From a virus (Duplodnaviria > Caudoviricetes): a stretch of DNA of 64,000 nucleotides. Shown in pieces: positions 19,666 through 30,200 of the stretch. The DNA lies in the IMG/VR virus record IMGVR_UViG_3300044961_000667; one strand, written 5' to 3'. Position 1 is the stretch's first letter; each line of letters starts with the position of its first letter. A program made the position numbers and the translations under genes. Below the pieces are notes generated by a model. It did no database searches, was not told where the DNA came from, and saw nothing but the letters and a program-made list of their open reading frames with translations.

Positions 19666-20051
19666 CCTACGTCAGGCGGAAGCGCTCCAGCGCCACCCGC
19701 ATCTCCTTCGCGGGGATGAACAGGCCGTCGTACCTGCCAGGCGTGCCGGCGCAGGCCCACCAGCCCTTCGTCAGCGTCCAGTTCTTGAAGTCGGGCGTGA
19801 AGTAGCAGGACTCGTAGCCGGTGACGCCGCCCTCCTCCACCTTCACCACCGCCTTGCCTTCGCCGAACTTGCACACCAGCTTCACCGGGCTGATCGACTT
19901 CTGCTGAGTCGAGCAGTCGGTGCGCACCGCCGTGACGTCGGCGACGCTGCAGGCAGGGCACGGGGCCTTGTGGGCGGACACCGTGTACTTCCTGCCCATG
20001 AACTCGGCCTCGCGCTCTTCGACTCGGACTTCGCGAAGCCCGCCGCACGTG

Positions 20052-20783
20052 TCACAGCGTTTTGGCGGCACGGTTCGCCCTCCGGATCTCTGCCTCCTGT
20101 TTGAGGGCCTCCTGGACGACGGAGATCACCTTCATGCACGTGGGCACGTCGAACAGCCTGATGTGCGTCTGCTCCTGGCTCAGCCCGAGCTGATCGGCCA
20201 ACCAGGCGTACGCTTCGGTCCGCGTCATCCGGCCGTGCTTCCACAGCACGTCGAAGACGCGGTGGGCTGACTTCCGGGCGTCACGCGTCGGGGCATCCGA
20301 CTGGGCGCCGAGCGGGTTGCCGCGGCGGTCGCACCCCTGCGTGATGTCGCACTGCGGGTAGCCGCGGCACTGCAGGAACGGGCCGAAGGGCCCGTGCGTG
20401 AGGCTCAGCTCCTGGCCGCGCTTCGAGCATTCGCCACCTTCAGGTACCCAGAGCCAACCCTGGACGTAGGCACCGGGATCGTCTCCGCGGCTGATCACCG
20501 CGTTGTCGTCGATCTCCACGGAACCTTCGCTGCCGTGCTGGATGTTCGCCTGGGCCAGGTACCACTTGTCCGAGCCGACGACTTCCTCGCCGCCCTCGAC
20601 GACGTCGTTGTTCGCTTCCTCGATCAGCTCGTCGCGGTACTCCTTGAGGATCGACTTCGCCTCATCGAAATCCCGACCCAGCCGAGTCTCCAGCTCCTTG
20701 AGCGCGTCCAGCTTCGCCCCCAGCGTCATGTCGGTCCGCAACACCTTCGCCCGCTTCGGTCCCTTCGTCTTCTTGTCTGCCAT
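20052..20783 (-). CDS. Protein with C-terminal DUF3268-like Zn-ribbon domain
   Basis: GPFLQCRGYPQCD...ARKSAHRVFDVLW...RTEAYAWLADQLGL...HIRLFD. Confidence 0.7.
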   Translation of the reverse strand: MADKKTKGPKRAKVLRTDMTLGAKLDALKELETRLGRDFDEAKSILKEYRDELIEEANNDVVEGGEEVVGSDKWYLAQANIQHGSEGSVEIDDNAVISRGDDPGAYVQGWLWVPEGGECSKRGQELSLTHGPFGPFLQCRGYPQCDITQGCDRRGNPLGAQSDAPTRDARKSAHRVFDVLWKHGRMTRTEAYAWLADQLGLSQEQTHIRLFDVPTCMKVISVVQEALKQEAEIRRANRAAKTL

Positions 20784-21148
20784 CAGGCCAGCGCCTCCCA
20801 TGCGCGAATGAGCGCCGCTTCGATCTCCAAGCGAGCGCCGAGGAACTCCTCCGTCGTGAGGCCGTACACCGAGATCTTGGCCCACTGCTCCTGCTTCTCG
20901 ATGCGGAACTCGCCGCAGATCTGAGCGTCGAGCTTCAGCCGCTTCATCTCGCCGGTGATCGGCCCGACGCCGGGCAGCCCAGCCATGTCGTAGACCTCGA
21001 CGACGATCTGATCCTTGTCGTTGCAGGTGCACGGCCGCTTCGTCTCGACCCTGCGCCAGAAGAGCCCGAGACGGAATGCCTCGCCCTTGTTCTCCTGGAA
21101 CTTGAAGCCCAGCTTGGTCATCTCCGCCTTCAGCTCGTCGAAGGTCAT
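20783..21148 (-). CDS. Hypothetical protein
   Basis: RBS plus ATG. Confidence 0.55.
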   Translation of the reverse strand: MTFDELKAEMTKLGFKFQENKGEAFRLGLFWRRVETKRPCTCNDKDQIVVEVYDMAGLPGVGPITGEMKRLKLDAQICGEFRIEKQEQWAKISVYGLTTEEFLGARLEIEAALIRAWEALA

Positions 21149-21859
21149 CGCTTCTTCCTCCGTTTCTTGGGCTCGTACTTCTTTCGGCACAGGTAGCAGA
21201 GCGACGGCGCATCAGGGTCGCCGTTGGCGTCCCTCCCCACCGCCTTCACGTCCTTGCGGTACTTGCCGCACTCGTCGCACTCATCCAGGCCCTGCGCCTT
21301 CCGCCCTTCACGAATGAGCGCCTGGCCGATCTCGATGGCCTGGCTTGGCGTGAACGCCTCCAGGTGATCAGCGTCCGACATGTCTTCGTGCCGGTTGACG
21401 AAGTAGCGCTCCTCCCCGTCGTCAGAGAAGTCGCGCCACAGATGGACGTTCTGCTTTCCCATCACTTGTCCTTGCGGTTGAGCCGACCCAGCGACTGCTC
21501 GTCGCTCATCGGCGTGTACTTCATGCCCTTGAACACCACCGGCTTGGGCTCCCACGGGAAGCGGCCAAACAGCCGGCGGTACGCCAGGTCGTACAGCATG
21601 ACGATCATGTCTCGAACGGTGGGTCGGAAGAAGAACATCACCCCTCCGCGTTCTGCACAGCCTCGCGGCTGACACGGCGGGCCCGCTTCTTCCACACCTT
21701 CTGCAGCGGCGCCTTGGGGCTGACGCTGCGGTTACGGCCACTCCAACGACGCGCCTTGCGGCTGTCATCGGAGTCGTACTTCACGCTGCCGCTCTGCTTG
21801 CTGTTGATGCCGTAGGGCTTCATCACCATCTCCTCTTGGGTTTGAGGTTGATGGTGAGC

Positions 21860-21887
21860 ATCATGCCTGCCTGCCCTGTTTTGTCAA
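21860..21887 (-). promoter_or_regulatory. Sigma70-like promoter
   Basis: TTGACA-N16-CATGAT. Confidence 0.45.
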
Positions 21888-21917
21888 GAGGACACAGGGC
21901 AGGCTCGGTCGATTCGA

Positions 21918-22724
21918 CTACGGCGTCGCCGTCACCTCGGCGCTGGGCGACTGCACGCCGTCGTTGATGCCGAGGCAGTGCGGGCACGGGGTGCCAGGGG
22001 AGCGGCCGTGGGGGCACCCAATCTCCGTCGGCTGGGTGTCGGGAGGGGCTGCCGTCGTCGCTTCAGGAGCGGGCTGGAGCTTCGCCTGCTCCTCGATGGC
22101 CTTCAGGCGGACCTGCACCTCGGGGAGGCTGCCCAGCACGCGCACGAGCTTGTGCAGGCGCACGTTTTCCTTCTCCAGCTCCTGCACCTTCTCGGTCTTG
22201 CTGTGCAGGCGCTTTCGCAGCGTCTTCGCGTCTTCCATCTTCGCGGTGGCCAGCTCGGCCTGGAGCGCCGACACCTTCTGCGCCATCTCGGCTTCGAGCG
22301 CCGTCACCCGGTTCGACAGGGCGGTCGCTTCTTCCTTCGACGCCACCAGATCGTTCTGGAGGGCGATCTGCACCTGCTCCTCGGCCAGCAGGGCCTGGGC
22401 GGCGAGCTTGTTCTCGTGCTCCAGCAGCACCTTGTCCTTCAGCAGCGCGTCGATCTTCGCGCTGATGGCGGCGTCGAGGTTCGTCTCCAGCGCCAGCTTC
22501 TCGGCCTTCACCTTCTCCAGCTCGCGCTTCACCTCGTTCACGCTGGCTTCGTACTCCCGCTTCAGGACGACGACGTGCTCGCCGGCCCTCACCTCGATGT
22601 CGCCGCGGAGCCGGTCGCGTTCGGACTCGGCGGCGGCCTGGGCCGCTCGGGCTTCCTCACGCTGCTTCAGCAGCTTCTTCTGCGTTTCCTTCAACTGCCT
22701 CTCTTTGGCCGTCGTCTTGGACAT
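21918..22724 (-). CDS. Long coiled-coil protein
   Basis: E/K/A/L heptads; GGAGGAG RBS. Confidence 0.7.
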   Translation of the reverse strand: MSKTTAKERQLKETQKKLLKQREEARAAQAAAESERDRLRGDIEVRAGEHVVVLKREYEASVNEVKRELEKVKAEKLALETNLDAAISAKIDALLKDKVLLEHENKLAAQALLAEEQVQIALQNDLVASKEEATALSNRVTALEAEMAQKVSALQAELATAKMEDAKTLRKRLHSKTEKVQELEKENVRLHKLVRVLGSLPEVQVRLKAIEEQAKLQPAPEATTAAPPDTQPTEIGCPHGRSPGTPCPHCLGINDGVQSPSAEVTATP

Positions 22725-22801
22725 GCTCTCCTCCAGAGCTTGGATGCTGTGCTTCGTCAAGCCTGCTTCACCGCGGGACTACCAAGGGCTACGCTTCCTC
22801 C

Positions 22802-23254
22802 ATGGACATCGATCTCGGACCACTGAACGTTCTCATCTGCTGGCAGACCATCCTCCTCAGCCTCACTGTCGCCACCGCGACGCACGGCGTGAAGCGGGTG
22901 ATCGACCACACCATCGAGGGCGGCAAGGTCGCCCGGCAGCAGAAGATCTTCGTCAACCGCATCGTGCTGCCCGGCACGCCGATCCTGCTCGGCGCGGTCC
23001 TGGCGATCTTCGTGCCGATGCACCCGGAAGCGCTCCTCACGTACATCGCCGACCACCAGCTGACGGGCTTCAAGTACTACGCGATCATGGCCGCCTACGG
23101 CTCGTGCCTCGGGCAGTTCTCCGACTACATCTGGCACCGCTTCAGCGGCATCATGGACGACGTGAAGAAGCGCCGCGGCAGCAAGAAGGCCGCCGCTGAC
23201 GATCAGGCCCCGGTCGAGCCGCCGTCAGAGCCGCCCGCGCCGCCGGCCGCCTGA
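22802..23254 (+). CDS. Membrane protein, holin-like
   Basis: About three hydrophobic segments and a charged tail; opposite strand to neighbours. Confidence 0.6.
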   Translation: MDIDLGPLNVLICWQTILLSLTVATATHGVKRVIDHTIEGGKVARQQKIFVNRIVLPGTPILLGAVLAIFVPMHPEALLTYIADHQLTGFKYYAIMAAYGSCLGQFSDYIWHRFSGIMDDVKKRRGSKKAAADDQAPVEPPSEPPAPPAA

Positions 23255-23716
23255 GCCTTCACCGGCTCGACGGTCTTGTCGTCGAAGCCGCAGATGTGCT
23301 TCTGCTCGAACTCTTCCTCCGGACCTCCGTCGTCAGGCTTCACCACGACGGTGCGCTTGGAGATCTTCCCGGCGGCGAAGTCCTCCTTCGAGTCGGCGTA
23401 CGCGTAGACGTGCGTCACCGTGCCCCAGAAGTCGCGGATCTTCACCTGCCCCTTCATCTGCATGCCGGCGAGCGCCACCGTCTCCAGCGGCGAGATGGTG
23501 CGAATCCGCACCCGGCTCCCCTTCGTCAAGTACACGTCGACTTCCATCACGTCCTCCCCTTCAGCTTCGCGAGTTCCGCCTCCAGCTCCTGCACGTAGTC
23601 GACAGCCTCCCTGCCGACTTTCGCCAGAGTCTTGATGGCGCCTGGCTCGATCTTGTCGAGCACGAAGAGCATCTCGAACAGCTTCGGCCGCTCCAGCTTC
23701 TTGCGTCGCCGGGGCT

Positions 23717-24412
23717 TCAGCACGAGGCCGTCCCGAACAGCACGTACTTGCCCGGCTTGGCGAACAGCAGCCCACGGGCTTCGTCGGCGTCCTTGCCGAC
23801 CGCTGAGCCGTACGGGCCGATCGTCAGCACGCCGTTCTTCTTCACCCCCACCTGCACCATCGTCTGGTCGCCGCGGCGGGAGACTTCCACCTGCACGCCG
23901 GGGCCGTACTTCTCCTCCAGCAGCTTCTGCGCGGCATCCTTCGACAGCCGCTTCACCTCGTCGGGACTGCGGACCTCGATGCCGACGCAGGGGCCCCACT
24001 TGTCCTGCGCCCGCTTGTCGTTCGCCGAGAGATCGTTGGCGAAGAGCAGCAGCGCTTCCTCCCGCAGGCGGGATCGGCCAGGATGCCCTCCAGCTTGGCG
24101 ATCTCCTCGGCCAGCCCCTTCGCCGTCGTGTACCGGCGGTAGAACTCCGAGCCGAGCGCCACCATCCCCGTCTGGTCCCGGCTTGGCCGCCCGCATCTCG
24201 TCGAGCTGCTTGCCGAGCTTCTCCTTCACCTTGGCGAAGAAGGGCTCCAGCTGGCTGTCCCGAGGCGTGAAGGCGATGCACTCGCTCTTCTCCGCGATGG
24301 TGCCGGTGTACCCGCGGTTCCCGTACTCGAACCGGGCGTTCTCGACTGCCGAACGGAAGGCTTCCTTCATCGAACGGCCTTCCACCACCACCATGAATTC
24401 AGTCGCTCCCAC
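23717..24412 (-). CDS. Phage hypothetical protein with two compensating frameshifts
   Basis: GATEF..AF..A...YGNRGYTGTIAEK and DKWGPC motifs; middle segment reads better in another frame (24072-24177). Confidence 0.6.
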   Translation of the reverse strand: MGATEFMVVVEGRSMKEAFRSAVENARFEYGNRGYTGTIAEKSECIAFTPRDSQLEPFFAKVKEKLGKQLDEMRAAKPGPDGDGGARLGVLPPVHDGEGAGRGDRQAGGHPGRSRLREEALLLFANDLSANDKRAQDKWGPCVGIEVRSPDEVKRLSKDAAQKLLEEKYGPGVQVEVSRRGDQTMVQVGVKKNGVLTIGPYGSAVGKDADEARGLLFAKPGKYVLFGTASC

Positions 24413-24523
24413 GCTTCATCGCTCCTTTCATCTTCGTCCACATCCGCTTCACCCAGACGATCAACAGCCCCGCCACCGGGACTGCCGCCATCAGCATCTG
24501 CGCCTCTTGGTGGCAGAAGTGCA

Positions 24524-25183
24524 TCACGCCACCTCCGCCGAGGCCGGCCGGTTCTCTTCCAGCCAGTCCGACGCCACCCGGCAGAACTGCTGCCAGTCGC
24601 GGTAGATCCCGTTCACGTCGGTCGCGTGGCAGGGCATCACGGGGGCGAACCCGGCTCCCCGGAACTCCACCTCGCCCGACGCCTTCTTCACCGCGTACAC
24701 CGACTGGGCCGCCACCACCCGGCGCTCCGGGTTGAGGATGTGCAGTTCCTGCTGCAGCCGGACTTCCATCTTCCGGGTGACGCCGTCGCTGTCGAGCCGA
24801 TCAACCCCAGTCAGCACCAGCGCCGGCAACCGCGCCTTCGACGCCTTCGCCTTCTCCGGCGTCTTGTAGTTCTCGTTGCCCCGGAGATCCGTCACCACGC
24901 CCCAGACGGTCGCCGGCATCTTCCCGCTGTCGTACCAGTACGGCGCTCCGTCCCAGAGGTACACCGTCTCGCCGTACAGCAGCACCCCCTTGAAGCCGTT
25001 GGGGTGGTTCGACTCCAGCCCGCCGATGATGAAGCGCTCCTGCTGCTCCAACCGGCCGCCCCAGCCGAAGGACGGCTTCATCCGGTACACCAGCGTGTGG
25101 GTGGCAGTCACCGCCGCCCCGTCTTCGCGGGTGATCAACTGCGCCTTCTTCAGCTTCTTCACGCCGTAGAGGTAGGTGCCCAT
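24524..25183 (-). CDS. Hypothetical protein
   Basis: 219-aa ORF with RBS. Confidence 0.6.
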   Translation of the reverse strand: MGTYLYGVKKLKKAQLITREDGAAVTATHTLVYRMKPSFGWGGRLEQQERFIIGGLESNHPNGFKGVLLYGETVYLWDGAPYWYDSGKMPATVWGVVTDLRGNENYKTPEKAKASKARLPALVLTGVDRLDSDGVTRKMEVRLQQELHILNPERRVVAAQSVYAVKKASGEVEFRGAGFAPVMPCHATDVNGIYRDWQQFCRVASDWLEENRPASAEVA

Positions 25184-25195
25184 GGTGTCGTCCCC

Positions 25196-25522
25196 TTACG
25201 CCGCCTTCAAGGCGGCAACCGCCGGCAGCTCCACCGGGGCGACTTCCACCGGCTTCATCTGCTTCGGGAAGGCGCTGGCGGTCGCGGCCACCGCGCCCTC
25301 CATCACCATCTGGCGGACGAGATCTTCGTGCTTGCAGCTGAGCCCCGAGTTCCGGCTGTGGAAGATGCCTGCCGGGCAGCTGCACCGGACGCCGTTGGCC
25401 ACCAGCCCCAGGGTGACGACGTAGGGCTTCTCCTGCCCCGCCTTCCGGACTTCGTACTTCCCGGCTTCGCCGTTCTCCTTCGGGGTGATGATGTAGTTGG
25501 TCTTCGTCGCCTTGGCTGCCAT
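25196..25522 (-). CDS. SWIM Zn-finger protein
   Basis: RCSCPAG...SCKH. Confidence 0.75.
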   Translation of the reverse strand: MAAKATKTNYIITPKENGEAGKYEVRKAGQEKPYVVTLGLVANGVRCSCPAGIFHSRNSGLSCKHEDLVRQMVMEGAVAATASAFPKQMKPVEVAPVELPAVAALKAA

Positions 25523-25576
25523 TCGCTGCCTCCTGGGTGTCTCCCTGGGTTGGGGAGGTGGATTGAGGATGGAGAG

Positions 25577-25606
25577 AATCTAGCCCAAGTCCTCCGCGTT
25601 CGTCAA
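25577..25606 (-). promoter_or_regulatory. Sigma70-like promoter
   Basis: TTGACG-N18-TAGATT. Confidence 0.55.
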
Positions 25607-26259
25607 GAGATGTGCGGCCCTCCCCTGTCGATTCGCGAACGAATTTCGATCGACATCATCATGCGTCGGGGGGAAGGGGGAGGGGCCCCTGGCGTGCACT
25701 TTGTTGCCTGTGGACAAGTCGGCGTACGGGCCCAAAGGCTTAGAGGCTTTGAGGGTTTGCCCCTGAGGGGCTGTGGAAGACTCTGTGGGAAACGAGACGA
25801 TGGAGGGCGCGCAACTTCCTGCGCCACCTTGGGTGCGGCACAGGGGGTGCGAAAGTGCTGTGGGACGGGTGCTGGTGTACAGGGCAGCGCGACTTCCAGG
25901 GAGGGATGCGCCTTGCTGACGGTGTACCGGTACTACGACAAGCGGGTGAAGACGAAGGGGCCTCTGGTGGAGCGGATCCACCCGTGCGCCTATGGGGAGA
26001 GGTGCAAGTGCTGGGTGGGCGTCTCGGACTCGTGCTTCCCCTTCTGCTGGCACCACGCGGGGCATCCGGAGGGTCGGGGGAACGAAAGGCCCCCCAGGCG
26101 TCCGAAGAAGCGTCCTCCGGGTGGGTCCGGCGGGCCGGCTGGCTCGGGCGGCGTGAATAGGAAACGGAATCTTTTCCGTGCGTCTCCCGGCGGATCAGCC
26201 GAATTCGTCAGCCAGGTCGCCGGGTTACCTGCTGTCGGCCGCGCTGAATAAAACGCGGA

Positions 26260-26565
26260 TCAGGCGCTGATCAGCTGCCCGTCACGCACCCACCCGTGCC
26301 AGTGGCAGGGCGTTGGATCGTTCTCCGCGTTCCAGACGTGCCTGAAGTCGATACTGGGCGTCAGCGTGAGGCTGTCCAGGGTGTCGCCCTGACGCTGCCA
26401 CAGGAGCCCGCTGGAGCCCGCGGGGCCGCCGTCGATGGGGTTGGCGAAGGGCACGGAGATGACGCACCGGCAGTCGGGCCGGCACGGGCACCGGAAGTTC
26501 AACCCCATCCCCTGCCTGTCGGGCTTCATCGCCCAGAAGCTGGCTTCCCTGTCCGTGAGTCGCAT
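26260..26565 (-). CDS. DUF6527-like protein
   Basis: FRCPC...W...LTLTPSI...CHWHGWVRDG. Confidence 0.7.
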   Translation of the reverse strand: MRLTDREASFWAMKPDRQGMGLNFRCPCRPDCRCVISVPFANPIDGGPAGSSGLLWQRQGDTLDSLTLTPSIDFRHVWNAENDPTPCHWHGWVRDGQLISA

Positions 26566-26672
26566 GGCGCCCAGGGTTGCACGGGCTCAGGACTGGGTGC
26601 AAAGAAGCGCCTGGGACTGGGAGAGCCCGGTCGGCGTCGGCGCCTCGGTGCGGTTCACCGGGGCCCTTCGCT

Positions 26673-26855
26673 TCACACCACCCACTGGAAACGCGCCTGG
26701 CGACCGCACCGCGGGCACTGGCACATCTCCGGGTCCGACTTGAGGTTGAGCGGGGCCATGTACTGCTCGGGGCACACGGGGCACCGAGGGGCCTTCCCGA
26801 TGACCTTCAAGTCCTCGGGGCGGAACTGCTTCTCCTTCGTCTCCATCATCTTCAC
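26673..26855 (-). CDS. Small Zn-ribbon protein
   Basis: CPVC...CPRCG. Confidence 0.5.
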   Translation of the reverse strand: MKMMETKEKQFRPEDLKVIGKAPRCPVCPEQYMAPLNLKSDPEMCQCPRCGRQARFQWVV

Positions 26856-27436
26856 CAGCCGATGATCAGGTGCCCCTGGTCCCGGTCCTTCCGGATGAAG
26901 TCGAGCAGCTTCGTCCGCACCAGCTGCTCGGCGGCCGACTTGCTGTCGAAGTACTGCGGCTCCGTGCTGACGCGAGCCATGTTCTTGAAGCCCGAGCCCG
27001 TCCAGAACAGCGGCTCCGAGTCGTTGTTGGCCGTCTTGAAGCAGACGACGAACTTCCCGCCGTAGCCGGGGCCGTCCACGAAGGGGTTCTGCTTGTGCTT
27101 CTTCACCCCGTGGTGCTTCTGCACGATGTCCAGCTCGCGCTTCTGATCAGGCGACAGCTCGACGGCCTCGTGCTTCTTGCCCTTCCGCACGTCGTGGAAC
27201 CACTTCCACGCCTTCGGCGAGGGCGGCTCCATGCCCAGCAGATTGCGCATCTCGTCGTCGGTGAAGTCTTCGAGCCCGGCCATGTGGGCGAAGTCGTCGA
27301 TCTCGTCCACCGCCAGGCCCAGCTCCTTCGCCTCCAGCCAGCCGTTGCCCTGGCCGCTTTCGTACGAGCGCATGGCCTGAGCACGCGTCATCGACTCGCG
27401 AACTTCCTTCTTCAGGGCCTCGACGATCTGCCGCAT
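26852..27436 (-). CDS. Putative head-internal protein (MRQIVEALKKEVRES leader)
   Basis: Leader shared with the two adjacent genes. Confidence 0.6.
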   Translation of the reverse strand: MRQIVEALKKEVRESMTRAQAMRSYESGQGNGWLEAKELGLAVDEIDDFAHMAGLEDFTDDEMRNLLGMEPPSPKAWKWFHDVRKGKKHEAVELSPDQKRELDIVQKHHGVKKHKQNPFVDGPGYGGKFVVCFKTANNDSEPLFWTGSGFKNMARVSTEPQYFDSKSAAEQLVRTKLLDFIRKDRDQGHLIIGW

Positions 27437-27471
27437 GGCTACCTCCAAACCTCCGACTTCGTCGAGAACTT

Positions 27472-27756
27472 CTACGCGATGGCCTGCACCGTCTTCGCCA
27501 GCGGCCGAATCGCCTTCCGGTGCTTCTCGTCCAGGATGTCGATCTGGTTCAGCGTGTCTTCCAGGCGGTACGCGTCCGCGGCGAGCCCCAGCTCCTGCAG
27601 CCCACCCATCATCGCCGCGATGGCCCTGTTGAAGCCCGGATCCTTCATCTGACGCAGGATGCCCTCGTCGGCGAAGAGGGACGCAGCGAGTCGCCTCGCC
27701 ATCTTGACGTCGTCCTGCGAGATCTCCTCCTTGAGCGCCTCGACGAGGTGTCGCAC
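27472..27756 (-). CDS. Putative head-internal protein (MRHLVEALKEE leader)
   Basis: GTG start; shared leader. Confidence 0.55.
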   Translation of the reverse strand: MRHLVEALKEEISQDDVKMARRLAASLFADEGILRQMKDPGFNRAIAAMMGGLQELGLAADAYRLEDTLNQIDILDEKHRKAIRPLAKTVQAIA

Positions 27757-27757
27757 G

Positions 27758-28448
27758 TCAGAGCCCCCATCATCTGCGAGACGCACTCCCAGACGATCTC
27801 GGCATCGACCTTCTTGCCGCGGTACTGCGGATCGTACTTCGCGAAGCTGTGGGCCGACTGCGCCACCATCGTCTCCGGCGAGTCGGACTGCTTCAGCTCG
27901 CGCCCCATCGAGCCGACGATCTTCTTGGCGATCTCGTGCTCGACCGGGTACCGCGTCGGTAACAACGCCTCACCCAACACCACTTCGTGAGACGGCCCAT
28001 CGTCGTGGTAGCGAGGGTACTCGCGGACACTCTGCACGGTGAATCTGCCGACCCGTGCTCCGGGCTTGGGCAACTTCTCGAAGAAGGCTTGGTCGGCCAC
28101 GGTACCATCCGGGTAGTAGACCTTCGCGTAGATCCCATCGTCCCAACTCCGCTTGGCCTCGCCGAACACCTTCACCACCGGCCGACCATTGGGCGACACC
28201 TTGGGTGGCGGGCGTTTCCCCGAATCGTCGATGCTCATCGAGCCTGGGTTCGAGAACTTCCGGAATAGGTACTTCTCCGCCCTCTCGTCGGAGCTGAACG
28301 GCCCATACGTGATGGCGTCATCGCTTTCGCCATGCTCCTGCGGCGCGAGATCCAGGTACCACTTCCCGTCGGTGGCCTTTCACACCTCGCAAAAGCGAGA
28401 CATGGACTCCACCAACTCCTTCTTCAGCGCCTCGACGAGTCGTTTCAT
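27758..28448 (-). pseudogene. MKRLVEALKKELVES-leader protein with an in-frame TGA at 28380-28382
   Basis: Frame continuous across the TGA (CEV*KATDGKWYL...YGPF...FSNPG); the C5 run at 27764 probably masks the real stop. Confidence 0.55.
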
Positions 28449-28720
28449 CCTTGCCTCAGAACGTTGATCAGCCAGTCCAACTTCCTCTCCACTCGAATCA
28501 GCCGGGCGTTGATCTCCTCGTTGGAGACACCACCCGGCGTCTTGGTGGGCCTGGTGGCGGCACGCTGCAGGCCGGTGGGCTGCGTCTTTGCGACGGGCAC
28601 GGCCACCATAGGCACGTGGGTCTCGGAGATCTCCCCGCCACTATTCTTGTAGCGGTTGTGCTGGATGCCGACGTTCACCAACTCTTCCAGCGACAGGCCA
28701 CCAATCTTGCCGCCTGACAT
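28445..28720 (-). CDS. Hypothetical protein
   Basis: C-terminal coiled coil. Confidence 0.55.
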   Translation of the reverse strand: MSGGKIGGLSLEELVNVGIQHNRYKNSGGEISETHVPMVAVPVAKTQPTGLQRAATRPTKTPGGVSNEEINARLIRVERKLDWLINVLRQG

Positions 28721-28723
28721 GCC

Positions 28724-29058
28724 CTACTCCTCGCCAATGACTCTTCCGTATTGAACTCCACCTGACGTGCTCGATCATCGTACAACACTTCGCACGCGTA
28801 GTCCTTCACGCAGGTGATGCGCAACTTCTGTCCGATGTGCAGCACGCACCAGTCCTCGATGCCGGCCACCTCACGGGCCACCACCCGCTTGTCAGGCTCC
28901 GAGACTCGGGCGGTGAAGATGCGCACCTCCTTGCCGGCGGCGAGCAGCTCCTTCACGCGATTCACCATCGCCGGCACCGGCGGCCCCACCACGCCGTAGA
29001 TGTGACGCCCGTCGTAGACGGCGAGCGTGCCGTCGAGATCGAAGCCAACCCAGCCCAT
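28724..29058 (-). CDS. HAD-family phosphatase-like protein
   Basis: FDLDGTLA, IFTAR, LYDDRA; one extra G near 28746 restores NTGRVIGEE* before the next ATG. Confidence 0.75.
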
Positions 29059-29069
29059 GCGTTCCTCGC

Positions 29070-29453
29070 TTACCCCGCCCAGTACCGCCACACGTCATCA
29101 GTCGTCGACGTGCTGGTGGTCGTGGTTCGATTGAAGCCCTGCTGCCGCACGACGACAACTCGAATCGGCGGCTGCGGCATGACGGGACGCTGGGCAACCT
29201 CCAGCTTCTCCATCTCCTCCATGACGCAGCTGACGAGGCGGAACAGCTCGGCCTTCCCCTCGTCGCCATTCGTCCTGTCGGGGTGCAGGTCCATCGCTGC
29301 GCGACGGAAGCCCGCCTTCGCCCGCGCCTTCAGCTGAACAAGTCTCTGCTTCGACTCTTCCAGGTTGTTCGTCTGCAGCGGGAACTGCAGATCGGCGAAC
29401 GTCAGCCCCATCAGCTGCAGCGCCTGCGACACCTGCTGTTGAGTCAGCTTCAT
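29070..29453 (-). CDS. J-domain (DnaJ-like) protein
   Basis: FRRAAMDLHPDR with HPD motif. Confidence 0.75.
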   Translation of the reverse strand: MKLTQQQVSQALQLMGLTFADLQFPLQTNNLEESKQRLVQLKARAKAGFRRAAMDLHPDRTNGDEGKAELFRLVSCVMEEMEKLEVAQRPVMPQPPIRVVVVRQQGFNRTTTTSTSTTDDVWRYWAG

Positions 29454-29465
29454 ACTCGGCCCAGC

Positions 29466-29738
29466 CTACTTGATGATGGTCGCGAACGCCGGCGTACGGT
29501 CTCCGACGTAGGAGCCCACGACGTTGAAGTCGAAGAACTCGTTGGCGTCGGCACGGCTCATCTTGTCGCGCTGCATCAGCACCTTGATGCGCTTCTCCCT
29601 GTCGTAGAGCGCGAGCGTCGAGCCTCCGGCGATCTCGACGTACCCGATGATGGCGTCGTCGAAACCGTCTGCGAGCACCATCTCCTCGTCCACCGCGGCC
29701 AGCTCTTCCCGGAGTCGCTCACCCTTGCGTGCCACCAC
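29466..29738 (-). CDS. Conserved phage hypothetical protein
   Basis: ADGFDDAIIG...EFFDFNVVGSYVG..TP. Confidence 0.7.
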   Translation of the reverse strand: MVARKGERLREELAAVDEEMVLADGFDDAIIGYVEIAGGSTLALYDREKRIKVLMQRDKMSRADANEFFDFNVVGSYVGDRTPAFATIIK

Positions 29739-29915
29739 GTCCTCCGCTTCTCCACGGCCACGTCAGCGGCCCGGTCGACGACATCGGTCCAGCCCAGGCC
29801 GGCACCGGCGTGTTGGTTGTGACACCTCCGAAGGCCCTCTGAAGAGGCGCCTGGCCGCCCCCGTACTCGTCGAACAGCGGCACCGAGGATGTCGGGATGT
29901 CGCTCTCGTCGGGGC

Positions 29916-30200
29916 CTACAAGTCGACGAGATTGAACCTCGGGCGGTTCACCCCGTCCGGCCACGTCACCATCTCGCTCCACTGCTTCAGGCTTCGCACC
30001 TTCACGCGGCCCTTCCACTTTCCGAGCGGGACGTAGATCACCACCGGCTCGTGGCTTGCCTGGCTTCCGTCGGGCGGGTTGGTCGAGTCGTCGCCCACCA
30101 TCAGCAGGTGGTACAGATCGCCGTCGCGGTGACGGTACACGCCCGGAACCGGGTCCAGCGGCTTCTTTGCCTCCGACTCGCCCTGCAGCATCGCTTCCAT
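29916..30200 (-). CDS. DUF1653-like protein
   Basis: GVYRHRDGDLY...VVIY...VRSL. Confidence 0.65.
   Translation of the reverse strand: MEAMLQGESEAKKPLDPVPGVYRHRDGDLYHLLMVGDDSTNPPDGSQASHEPVVIYVPLGKWKGRVKVRSLKQWSEMVTWPDGVNRPRFNLVDL

Noticed and set aside
24626-26251. Long + strand ORFs (for example 541, 539, 1172 and 870 aa)
   Set aside because: Antisense shadows of real minus-strand genes in high-GC DNA; no RBS or recognisable domains.
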